Assembly (NCBI GenBank): GCA_035279725.1
Contig: DATEHF010000052.1
Span: forward strand, 79,766 to 143,765
Direction: 5' to 3'
DNA length: 64,000 nt
DNA from: Candidatus Acidiferrum sp.
Lineage (GTDB): Bacteria > Acidobacteriota > Terriglobia > Acidiferrales > UBA7541
In this document: positions 16,964-25,114 of the stretch, piece after piece
Layout of the letters: each line of letters starts with the position of its first letter
How positions within the stretch are numbered: the stretch's first letter is position 1
Made by a program: the position numbers and the translations under genes
The notes under the pieces: model-generated
The model's input: the letters and a program-made list of their open reading frames with translations, nothing else
The model's database searches: none
Told to the model about the DNA's origin: nothing

Positions 16964-18370
16964 ATGTATCTCACCATCACAACGAGCCACAAACCTGCCA
17001 CGGACCTCGGCTATCTTCTTCACAAACGCCCAGGCAAACTCCATTCCGTCGCATTGTCCTTTGGCAAAGCACATGTGTTCTATCCAGAAGCAACAGAGAA
17101 TCGGTGCACGGCTGCACTCTTGATCGAAGTCGACCCTATCGATCTTGTTCGAAAGCCTAGTGGCCCTTCCGGGGAGGGAGGACTGCTTAACCAATACGTC
17201 AACGACCGGCCTTACGTATCCTCATCGTTCACGAGCGTGGCACTAGCCCGTTCTTTCGGAACAGCGCTCACTGGCCGAAGCAAAGTGAAACAGGAGCTGG
17301 CGGACGCTGAACTCCCTCTGGAAGTCTATATTGCCGTGATTCCGTGTCGAGGCGGCGAGACGTTTCTTCGCCGACTGTTCGAACCACTCGGCTACGAACT
17401 CACCGCGAACCGCCATGTGCTCGATGAAAAGTTTCCGGAGTGGGGCGAGAGCCGCTACTGGAGTGTCGCGCTCTCAACGAAGAAGCGGTTGCAGGATGTT
17501 CTTCAACATCTCTATGTTTTGCTGCCAGTGCTGGACGACGAAAAGCATTACTGGGTTGGCAAAGACGAGGTGGAAAAACTCTTGCGGCGTGGCCAGGGTT
17601 GGCTCTCGACGCACCCGGAGCGTGAAGAGATCACGCGCCGCTATTTGAAGTACCAACATCGGCTTATGCGGGAGGCAATGGCGCGCCTCATGGAAGAGGA
17701 CGACGATCCAGACGAGATCGCCGAAGCTCAGGCCGCTGAAGAAATCGTATTGGAAGAGCGAATCAGCCTGAATCAGCAGCGCATGGGGTCGGTTCTAGCT
17801 GCGCTGCGCCAGTCGGGCGCGAGGCGAGTTCTCGATCTTGGCTGTGGTGAGGGACGTTTGCTTTCTCTGCTGCTGGCCGACAACTCCTTTAGCGAAATAG
17901 TGGGCGTTGACGTCTCCCCGCGCATTCTGGAGAAAGCTGCGCAGCGCCTCCGTCTGGATTCCTTGCCACCCCGAAAGCGTGAACGCATCAAGCTCATGCA
18001 AGGTTCTTTGATGTATCGCGACGCGCGGCTGGCCGGATATGACGCCGCTGCCGTCGTCGAAGTCGTAGAGCATCTTGACCCGCCGCGGCTAGCCGCTTTC
18101 GAGCGCGTCTTATTTGAGTGTGCCAAACCTTCGACAATCGTTATGACCACACCCAATCGCGAGTACAACACTAGGTTCGAGACGATGCCAGCCGGCACGT
18201 TTCGCCACAGGGACCACCGCTTCGAATGGACTCGACAAGAGTTTCAATCATGGGCGGATCGAGTGGCCACTCAGCATGGTTACCCCGTTTCTTTCTTGCC
18301 GGTCGGCGAAGTCGACGCAGTGCTCGGCGCGCCGACACAGATGGCGATTTTCCGGCGGTCGAATGGTTAG
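16964..18370 (+). CDS. hen1: 3'-terminal RNA ribose 2'-O-methyltransferase Hen1 (bacterial RNA repair)
   Basis: N-terminus MYLTITTSHKPATDLGYLLHKRPGKLHSVALSFGKAHVFYPE is characteristic of bacterial Hen1. C-terminal methyltransferase with VLDLGCGEG and VEVVEHLD. Start at ATG 16964. Confidence 0.85.
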   Translation: MYLTITTSHKPATDLGYLLHKRPGKLHSVALSFGKAHVFYPEATENRCTAALLIEVDPIDLVRKPSGPSGEGGLLNQYVNDRPYVSSSFTSVALARSFGTALTGRSKVKQELADAELPLEVYIAVIPCRGGETFLRRLFEPLGYELTANRHVLDEKFPEWGESRYWSVALSTKKRLQDVLQHLYVLLPVLDDEKHYWVGKDEVEKLLRRGQGWLSTHPEREEITRRYLKYQHRLMREAMARLMEEDDDPDEIAEAQAAEEIVLEERISLNQQRMGSVLAALRQSGARRVLDLGCGEGRLLSLLLADNSFSEIVGVDVSPRILEKAAQRLRLDSLPPRKRERIKLMQGSLMYRDARLAGYDAAAVVEVVEHLDPPRLAAFERVLFECAKPSTIVMTTPNREYNTRFETMPAGTFRHRDHRFEWTRQEFQSWADRVATQHGYPVSFLPVGEVDAVLGAPTQMAIFRRSNG

Positions 18371-18376
18371 TTCCTG

Positions 18377-20950
18377 ATGAAAGAGAAATTCACATTTCCG
18401 GATTTGTCGCTTGTCGTGTTGATCGGTGCCTCTGGCTCGGGCAAGAGCACGTTTGCGAAGAAGCATTTCTTGCCGACTGAAGTGATTTCGTCTGACTACT
18501 GCCGGGCACTGGTTTCCGACGATGCAAACGAATTGTCTGCTACCGACGACGCATTCGAAATCCTGCACTTCATTACTGCCAAACGCTTAGCCGCGGGCCG
18601 CCTGACAGTAGCCGATGCCACCAACGTAAAGCCTGAAGACCGCAAGCCGCTCATCGAATTAGCGCGGCAATACCACTGTTTGCCCGTTGCCATCGTCCTG
18701 AACATGCCTGAGAGAGTTTGTCAGGACCGAAACAGAGTCCGCACGGACCGTCGGCTCGGCGATCATGTCGCGCATCGCCAGCTGCAGAACTTGCGCCGTT
18801 CTCTTCGCGGGCTGGAGCGCGAAGGTTTCCGGCATGTCCTCATTCTCTCTTCACCGGAAGAAGCTGATGCCATCGTTCTTGAGCGCGTGCCGCTCTACAA
18901 CAACAAAAAGAAGGAATCCGGCCCGTTCGACATTATTGGTGATGTTCACGGATGCTACGACGAGCTGATCGCGCTCCTCACGCAGCTTGGTTACACCTCG
19001 GCACCCAGCAACGGGGAGGCCGGTGACAAGGTGACATTTTCTCCGCCAGCCGGCAGAAAAGCGGCCTTTCTCGGCGATCTTGCCGATCGGGGACCAAACT
19101 CTCCCGGAGTGTTGCGATTGGTCATGAAGATGGTTGAGCAAGGACATGCTTACTGTGTCCCGGGCAATCACGACATCAAGCTCTTGCGCAAACTTCGCGG
19201 GAAAGATGTTCAGTTGACCCACGGCATCGCCGAAACTCTGCAGCAACTCGACAAAGAGCCCCCCGAATTCCAAGGACAAGTGTCCAAGTTTCTAGACAGC
19301 TTGGTCAGCCACTACGTTTTTGATGGTGGCCGTCTCGTCGTCGCGCATGCAGGCATGAAAGCGGAAATGCAAGGGCGCGGTTCTGGAAAGGTCCGCGACT
19401 TCGCACTTTTTGGCGAAACCACCGGCGAGGTGGATGAATTCGGCCTTCCCGTTCGATACAACTGGGCCGCGGATTATCGTGGGCAGGCCACGGTCGTTTA
19501 TGGTCATACCCCGATTCCCGAGCCCGAATGGCTCAATCGAACGATCAATATAGATACAGGCTGCGTATTCGGAGGAAAGTTAACCGCGCTTCGTTATCCT
19601 GAGAAAGAGCTCGTTTCTGTTCCTGCCGAGTGTGTTTACTACCAGCCGATTCGTCCACTCCAGCCTGCGGCGGTTACGCCAGAGCTCAGTGCTCAACAGG
19701 CGTATGATGACTTGCTTGATCTAGAGGACGTTATTGGCAAGCGCTTCATAGGCACGCGTTTGCATTCCAAAATTACGATTCCCGCCGAGAATGCGATGGC
19801 TGCGCTCGAAGTGATGAGCCGGTTCGCTGTCAATCCAAAATGGTTGATTTACCTTCCGCCTACCATGAGTCCTACTGAGACCAGTCACGAACCTGGTTTG
19901 CTTGAGCATCCTGCCGAAGCTTTTGCCTATTTTCGTCACGAAGGCGTTCCGACTGTTCTTTGTGAAGAAAAACACATGGGCTCGCGTGCCGTCGTCATTC
20001 TTTGTCGTGACGAGGAAGTTGCCCGTAAGCGCTTCGGCGTAATCGGGGAGGGAATCGGAATCTGTTACACGCGAACGGGGCGACGATTCTTCGATTCGAG
20101 CGACATGGAAGCTAAGTTTCTTGGCCGAATTCGCGAGGCTGCCGATCGAGTGTCGTTCTGGGATGTAGTTAAGTCCGACTGGTTCTGCCTCGACGCTGAA
20201 CTGATGCCTTGGTCTGCCAAGGCACAGGAGTTGCTCCGCCGCCAATACGCTGCAGTCGGTGCGTCGGCGCACGCTGCCTTTCAGGAAGCGCTTAGCGGAT
20301 TGGATCGAGCGGCGTCACCAGATCCGGAAATCGCTCAACTGCGTGATCGTTTTCGCGAGCGCGCATCGCTCACTGATCGTTTCATCGCCGCCTATCGCCG
20401 CTATTGCTGGCCGGTGCAGTCTCTCGACGACCTGAAGCTTGCACCGTTTCATCTGCTGGCCTCCGAAGGCCGCACCTATTTTGACAGGGATCACGTGTGG
20501 CATATGGAGACACTCGTAGCTCTCTGCGCCGCAGAGCCGCGCCTGTTGCTAGCCACTCAAAATCGCAAGGTAGATCTCGTCGATGCATCTAGCGAGCAAA
20601 GCGCCATTGACTGGTGGACTGAACATACGGAGCGTGGAGGCGAAGGTATGGTTGTGAAACCGTGGCGCTTCATCGAAAAAGGGCGTCGCGGATTCGTTCA
20701 GCCGGGCGTCAAGGTCCGCGGCCGAGAGTACCTCCGCATCATCTATGGCCCCGAATACACCCTCCCTGAACATTTGGAGCGGCTACGTTCACGCGGCCTC
20801 GGCCGCAAGCGCTCGCTTGCCCAACGTGAGTTCGCGCTTGGTGTTGAATCCTTGGAGCGCTTTATACGTTACGAGCCACTGCGCCGAGTTCACGAATGTG
20901 TCTTCGGCGTCCTCGCTCTTGAAACCGAGCCCGTTGATCCGCGCTTATAG
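18377..20950 (+). CDS. pnkp: polynucleotide kinase-phosphatase-ligase Pnkp (bacterial RNA repair)
   Basis: 857 aa, three modules. Kinase P-loop GASGSGKST. Calcineurin-type phosphoesterase motifs GDVHGC, GDLADRG, GNHD. C-terminal nucleotidyltransferase region with candidate lysine motif KHMGSR. Starts 6 nt after the hen1 stop. Confidence 0.88.
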   Translation: MKEKFTFPDLSLVVLIGASGSGKSTFAKKHFLPTEVISSDYCRALVSDDANELSATDDAFEILHFITAKRLAAGRLTVADATNVKPEDRKPLIELARQYHCLPVAIVLNMPERVCQDRNRVRTDRRLGDHVAHRQLQNLRRSLRGLEREGFRHVLILSSPEEADAIVLERVPLYNNKKKESGPFDIIGDVHGCYDELIALLTQLGYTSAPSNGEAGDKVTFSPPAGRKAAFLGDLADRGPNSPGVLRLVMKMVEQGHAYCVPGNHDIKLLRKLRGKDVQLTHGIAETLQQLDKEPPEFQGQVSKFLDSLVSHYVFDGGRLVVAHAGMKAEMQGRGSGKVRDFALFGETTGEVDEFGLPVRYNWAADYRGQATVVYGHTPIPEPEWLNRTINIDTGCVFGGKLTALRYPEKELVSVPAECVYYQPIRPLQPAAVTPELSAQQAYDDLLDLEDVIGKRFIGTRLHSKITIPAENAMAALEVMSRFAVNPKWLIYLPPTMSPTETSHEPGLLEHPAEAFAYFRHEGVPTVLCEEKHMGSRAVVILCRDEEVARKRFGVIGEGIGICYTRTGRRFFDSSDMEAKFLGRIREAADRVSFWDVVKSDWFCLDAELMPWSAKAQELLRRQYAAVGASAHAAFQEALSGLDRAASPDPEIAQLRDRFRERASLTDRFIAAYRRYCWPVQSLDDLKLAPFHLLASEGRTYFDRDHVWHMETLVALCAAEPRLLLATQNRKVDLVDASSEQSAIDWWTEHTERGGEGMVVKPWRFIEKGRRGFVQPGVKVRGREYLRIIYGPEYTLPEHLERLRSRGLGRKRSLAQREFALGVESLERFIRYEPLRRVHECVFGVLALETEPVDPRL

Positions 20951-20961
20951 TTAGTAACGTC

Positions 20962-21948
20962 TTACCGTTTGCTTTCGAGGAGCTGGCAGTTGGCGATGCA
21001 CTTTACGAATTGCATCCCGATTTCGGCCTTTTTGTGGGGCACTCTCGAGGTGTCTTCGGGGACGACGATCAAAGACTGGGGGCCGTCGGCCTGATTGAAG
21101 GTGCACTGGAATTCCATGGACTGGATGCCACGCTGCTGGCAGGGATTCTTCTCCAGCGCGTTTTCGAACATTTCCGGCTTGGCATGCAATTGAATGGCGA
21201 TGTCCGACGGGATCACGGCCACTACCATCGGCACCGGGGACTTAATCTTGATGCTGACCTGTGCAGCATCATGGTCCGGCGTGAATCCGGCATACACTTT
21301 CAGGAACGAAGACAACTGATATTTCTCTTTGACTTGCCAGGTCCACTGAAACTCAGGCTGAACGCAATTCTCGACGCAATCCCAACGGTAGTATTGGACA
21401 TGCACGTCGTTGGGCGCTTTGAACTGCCGCTTGGCCGCTTCCCGCCCCGCCACTATTGCTTCGATTCCCGTGATTCCCGCGCCCACTGTGCGCTCGACCC
21501 TACTGTTCGGGTCCAGGACGGCGCCGAGTCCGGAAAACACGGCGTGATCGGTACTTTCAGGGCTATATCGTTCGTCGCGGATAATGAGCGTCATCGACAC
21601 GGGGGGCACGAAGCAAGAGTATCTGGACTCCACCACATGTTCTCTGGTGCATATTGCTTGCAGGTTGTTCAGGATCTCGGGATGTTGCAGCGCCGCATTC
21701 CACTCCTCGGAGCGCACCAGGAAGATCGTAACCGGCAGCTGCGATTTGACGTCCACCTGCATATTGCCGCCGTCTCCGCCCGCGTGATACGTCTGTCCGG
21801 CGTGATAGTTCGCGGGGTCCAATCGCACATCCTCTTGATTGCCGCGTTGCCAATTGAAAACTCGCTCTGGCTGCTGGGCGAAGGACGGCACAGAGAAGCA
21901 TGCAGACAGCAAAATCGCGGAAACAAACGACAGTTTGGTGTTTCTCAT
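20962..21948 (-). CDS. secreted protein of unknown function with internal two-domain duplication
   Basis: Signal peptide MRNTKLSFVSAILLSACFSVPSFAQQ. Two related segments (VDVKSQLPVTIFLVRSE... and IKIKSPVPMVVAVIPSD...). Preferred over the antisense 21010..22023(+), which is Arg/Gly/His/Leu-rich. Confidence 0.62.
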   Translation of the reverse strand: MRNTKLSFVSAILLSACFSVPSFAQQPERVFNWQRGNQEDVRLDPANYHAGQTYHAGGDGGNMQVDVKSQLPVTIFLVRSEEWNAALQHPEILNNLQAICTREHVVESRYSCFVPPVSMTLIIRDERYSPESTDHAVFSGLGAVLDPNSRVERTVGAGITGIEAIVAGREAAKRQFKAPNDVHVQYYRWDCVENCVQPEFQWTWQVKEKYQLSSFLKVYAGFTPDHDAAQVSIKIKSPVPMVVAVIPSDIAIQLHAKPEMFENALEKNPCQQRGIQSMEFQCTFNQADGPQSLIVVPEDTSRVPHKKAEIGMQFVKCIANCQLLESKR

Positions 21949-22351
21949 AGTAATTCCATTGGAACGCCGCTGCGATTCGCGCGCAAGAAGCGTGGGCGAA
22001 GCTGTCCACTAGAAGTATCCTGATCATTAGTACAGGTGAGCCGAGCACCATTGAGTCGGATCGCCGAGTGCGGTTCAAATAGTGTGCAATATTGAACAGA
22101 CGGGACTTAGGCTACAGTTTAGCTTTTACTCCAGTATAAAAATGGAGAGATGCCCGCGATGGCTGTCGTTGGAATGCCTCCGAGGACAGCGACGCGGGCG
22201 GCTGATTGCTCCAGGCCGGGGCACTTCCTTCTAGAGCAACGGGACGGTGCCCCTACTTTTCGCGGTTGCTGCCAAAGAGTCCCGGCTTTGACTTGAGAAC
22301 GCGCGGTTTCACCCCTGCCAATCGTGCAAAACCTCTGCTAGAATCCCTGCC

Positions 22352-22792
22352 ATGAAAAGACGCGACTTGCTTCAATCACTTCCTGTTGTGGCTTTGTTTC
22401 CTGGAGCTAACTGGATGGCCTCGGCTCAAGACAAGACTGGCGCCGGAACGTCGGCGACAACCGTTTACGAACTGCGCATCTACCATGCGTACGAAGGCAA
22501 GCTCGACGATTTGCTGAGGCGTTTTCGCGATCACACTACAAAACTGTTCGAGAAGCATGGGATAAAGAACGTGGCGTATTGGACGCCGACCGACGATCCC
22601 CTCAAGGGCAAGACCCTCGTTTACATCCTTGCGCATCCCAGCCGTGAGGTGGCTACCGCCAACTGGCAGGCCTTTCGCGATGATCCCGAATGGCAGAGCG
22701 TGCGGGATAAATCGGAAGCCAATGGCAAGCTTGTCGAGAAGATTGATTCCACGTTTATGGTGATGACGGACTTCTCTCCCAAACTTTCTTGA
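22352..22792 (+). CDS. NIPSNAP-family protein with Tat-type signal peptide
   Basis: 146 aa. Twin-arginine leader MKRRDLLQSLPVVALFPGANWMASAQ, then a NIPSNAP-like dimeric alpha-beta barrel sequence (YELRIYHAYEGKLDDLLRRF). Confidence 0.68.
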   Translation: MKRRDLLQSLPVVALFPGANWMASAQDKTGAGTSATTVYELRIYHAYEGKLDDLLRRFRDHTTKLFEKHGIKNVAYWTPTDDPLKGKTLVYILAHPSREVATANWQAFRDDPEWQSVRDKSEANGKLVEKIDSTFMVMTDFSPKLS

Positions 22793-22843
22793 ATCAACAG
22801 AGGAAGATGGGAACTTTCCCCGGTTTGTGAAACCCGTTCTCTT

Positions 22844-22881
22844 ATATTCTCTCTTAAGAATATTCCTTGACAAGAATATTC
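22844..22881 (+). promoter_or_regulatory. cluster of GAATATTC-type palindromic boxes overlapping the arsR-family promoter (candidate operator)
   Basis: AAGAATATTC occurs at 22856..22865 and again at 22872..22881. TTGACA lies between them at 22867..22872. ATATTC (22844..22849) is inverted relative to GAATAT (22858..22863). Candidate -10 CATATT at 22891..22896. The ATG is at 22907. Confidence 0.45.
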
Positions 22882-22906
22882 GTGTTGGAGCATATTCGTT
22901 CTTGCC

Positions 22907-23260
22907 ATGCTGGAAACCTTTCGCGCCCTCGCCGAGCCCAACCGTTTTCAGATCGTCGAATTCCTGCTTGACGGTCCTCGCCCTGTCGGCGACATGGTCG
23001 ACCGCCTGCGCCTCCGGCAGCCGCAAGTTTCAAAACATCTACGCGTTTTAAGCGAAGCCGGGCTGGTTGACGTTCGCGTGGACGCGCAGCGGCGCATTTA
23101 CGCCCTACGCCCGGAACCACTCCGTGAGCTTGAAGGCTGGCTGGACCGCTACCGGCGACTGTGGGAGGACAACTTCCAGCGTCTCGATGCTGTTCTGGGC
23201 GAGCTAAAAGCGACCGAACTCAAAGTGCCCAGGAAAAAACATACGCACAAAAGGCGATGA
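22907..23260 (+). CDS. ArsR/SmtB-family transcriptional regulator
   Basis: 117 aa. Winged-HTH block FRALAEPNRFQIVEFLLDGPRPVGDMVDRLRLRQPQVSKHLRVLSEAGLV. Confidence 0.85.
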   Translation: MLETFRALAEPNRFQIVEFLLDGPRPVGDMVDRLRLRQPQVSKHLRVLSEAGLVDVRVDAQRRIYALRPEPLRELEGWLDRYRRLWEDNFQRLDAVLGELKATELKVPRKKHTHKRR

Positions 23261-23272
23261 GGGAGAAGAGAG

Positions 23273-23788
23273 ATGAAAAACACCGGCAATCTGAAAGTGA
23301 CCACACCCAGCGAACGGGAGATCGCCATGACGCGCGTCCTCAACGCTCCTCGCCGCCTGGTGTTCGACGCTTTAACCAAGCCGGAACTCGTCAAGAAGTG
23401 GCTGCTTGGGCCGCCGGGCTGGACGATGCCGGTCTGCGAGATTGATTTGCGGGTCGGCGGAGCGTATCGCTTTCTATGGCGCGGCCCCGACGGAGCCGAA
23501 ATGGGCACACGCGGTGTTTGCCGGGAGCTCGCGCCGCCAGAGCGGTTCGTCGCCACGGAAAGATTTGACGACCCGTGGTACCCGGGCGAGTCGCTCGTAA
23601 CGTACGTTCTCGCGGAGCAGGGCGTTATCACGACGCTGACCCTCACGGTGCAGTACGAGTCGCGCGAAGCCCGCGATGGCGTTCTAAAGACTCCGATGGA
23701 GCACGGTGTGGCTATGAGCTACGACCGGATGGAGCAATTGCTGGCGTCGCTGCCCGCGCAGGGGATCGAAAAAGGGGCGGGACAATGA
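23273..23788 (+). CDS. SRPBCC-superfamily protein (Aha1/AHSA1-like)
   Basis: 171 aa. The pattern REIAMTRVLNAPRRLVFDALTKPELVKKW is typical of the Activator-of-Hsp90-ATPase-homolog START-like fold that is commonly paired with ArsR. Confidence 0.78.
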   Translation: MKNTGNLKVTTPSEREIAMTRVLNAPRRLVFDALTKPELVKKWLLGPPGWTMPVCEIDLRVGGAYRFLWRGPDGAEMGTRGVCRELAPPERFVATERFDDPWYPGESLVTYVLAEQGVITTLTLTVQYESREARDGVLKTPMEHGVAMSYDRMEQLLASLPAQGIEKGAGQ

Positions 23789-24222
23789 TGAGCGAACCAC
23801 AAGCTCCGCGCCGGATTGGACGAAGCACTTTGGCTGTACTTGCTGGCATGGTCGTGGACGTTGCCATCACTCTTGCGACCGACGAAGTGCTGCACAAGGT
23901 TGGCGTCTTTCCGCCGTGGGGCGCATCGATGACCGGGTACGATGGAGCGCTCCTGCTGGCAACTATCTATCGCACGGTTTATGGAGTGCTGAGCAGCTAC
24001 ATTACGGCGCGACTGGCGCCTTATCGCCCCATGCTACATGCCCTCATAGGTGGCTTCATTGGCCTTGCCGTAAGCGCTGCGGGCGCGGTGACGACATGGA
24101 ATAAAGGACCCGCCTTCGGGCCGCACTGGTATCCGCTAGCGCTTGTGGTGCTCGCGTTGCCGACCGCCTGGGTAGGGGGCATGCTTCGCATGAAGCAATT
24201 GGCGTCAACTGTTGAAGCCTGA
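23785..24222 (+). CDS. integral membrane protein, function unknown
   Basis: Start at ATG 23785 overlaps the upstream stop (ATGA). About 4 hydrophobic helices. The longer ORF-track version (23575) overlaps the SRPBCC gene in another frame. Confidence 0.58.
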   Translation: MMSEPQAPRRIGRSTLAVLAGMVVDVAITLATDEVLHKVGVFPPWGASMTGYDGALLLATIYRTVYGVLSSYITARLAPYRPMLHALIGGFIGLAVSAAGAVTTWNKGPAFGPHWYPLALVVLALPTAWVGGMLRMKQLASTVEA

Positions 24223-24260
24223 AGTGAGGAGAAGTTTAGGAAAGCGACGAGGAAAACAAA

Positions 24261-24722
24261 ATGCAAAAAATCAGGCCGTTCCTGTGGTTCGACAACAAAG
24301 CCGAAGAAGCCATGAATTTTTATGTTTCTATTTTCAAGAACTCAAAAATCGTGAGTATTTCTCGAGTGGGTGGGCGATTCACGAGCGGGACCTTCCAACT
24401 CGATGGGCAAGAATTTCTCGCGCTGAACGGCGGTCCGCAATTCACTTTCACGCCGGCAATTTCGTTTTTCGTGAACTGTGAAACACAGGAAGAAGTCGAC
24501 GAACTTTGGGAAAAGTTGTCCGAAGGCGGAGAAAAGGAAAGATGCGGCTGGCTAAAGGACAGGTTTGGATTATCCTGGCAGATTATTCCGTTGGCTTTAG
24601 GCAAGATGCTGTACGACAAAGACCCGGAGAAAGCGAAGAGAGTGTTGCAAGCGATGCTTCAGATGAACAAAATTGAGATCAAAGCTTTGCAGCAGGCCTA
24701 CGGTGAAGGATTCCCTTCATGA
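24261..24722 (+). CDS. VOC/glyoxalase-fold protein (PhnB / 3-demethylubiquinone-9 3-methyltransferase-domain family)
   Basis: 153 aa. The N-terminus [27 protein letters not shown] and the block [14 protein letters not shown] are characteristic of this family. Confidence 0.75.
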   Translation: MQKIRPFLWFDNKAEEAMNFYVSIFKNSKIVSISRVGGRFTSGTFQLDGQEFLALNGGPQFTFTPAISFFVNCETQEEVDELWEKLSEGGEKERCGWLKDRFGLSWQIIPLALGKMLYDKDPEKAKRVLQAMLQMNKIEIKALQQAYGEGFPS

Positions 24723-25102
24723 AAAAAGCAAAAGCCGGTGCTGCTCCGACGAACACAGACGAATATCTCGCGGCCGTTCCCGAGCCCGCGCGCGGTACCT
24801 TAAAAAAGATTCGCGCGGCGATTCGGTCAGTTGTGCCGGCGGAGGCCACCGAGGCCATCAGCTATGGGATGCCCTCGTTCAAGTACAAGGGCGCGCTGGT
24901 CTGGTTCGCGGCTTTTTCCGACCATTGCAGTTTCTTTCCCGGGAGCGGGAGGGTGATCGCGACTTTTCAGGACGAACTCAAGAAATTCCAAACCTCCAAA
25001 GGCACGATTCGCTTTCCGGTGGACAAGCCGCTGTCCGCAACTCTTATTAAGAAGATCGTGAAAGCCCGCATTGCTGAAAATGAAAAAAGAAAAAAGGGCT
25101 GA
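24719..25102 (+). CDS. DUF1801 (YdhG-like) domain protein
   Basis: 127 aa. Blocks [41 protein letters not shown] and [12 protein letters not shown] overlap with the upstream gene. Confidence 0.7.
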   Translation: MKKAKAGAAPTNTDEYLAAVPEPARGTLKKIRAAIRSVVPAEATEAISYGMPSFKYKGALVWFAAFSDHCSFFPGSGRVIATFQDELKKFQTSKGTIRFPVDKPLSATLIKKIVKARIAENEKRKKG

Positions 25103-25114
25103 GCGAAGCGATTC

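Noticed and set aside
22072-22080. GGTTCAAAT, a T-loop-like sequence suggesting a possible tRNA in the 21949..22351 intergenic region.
   Set aside because: The flanking bases (tgcgg / agtgt) cannot form a T-stem, and no acceptor or anticodon arms can be drawn. I found no tRNA elsewhere in the window by eye.
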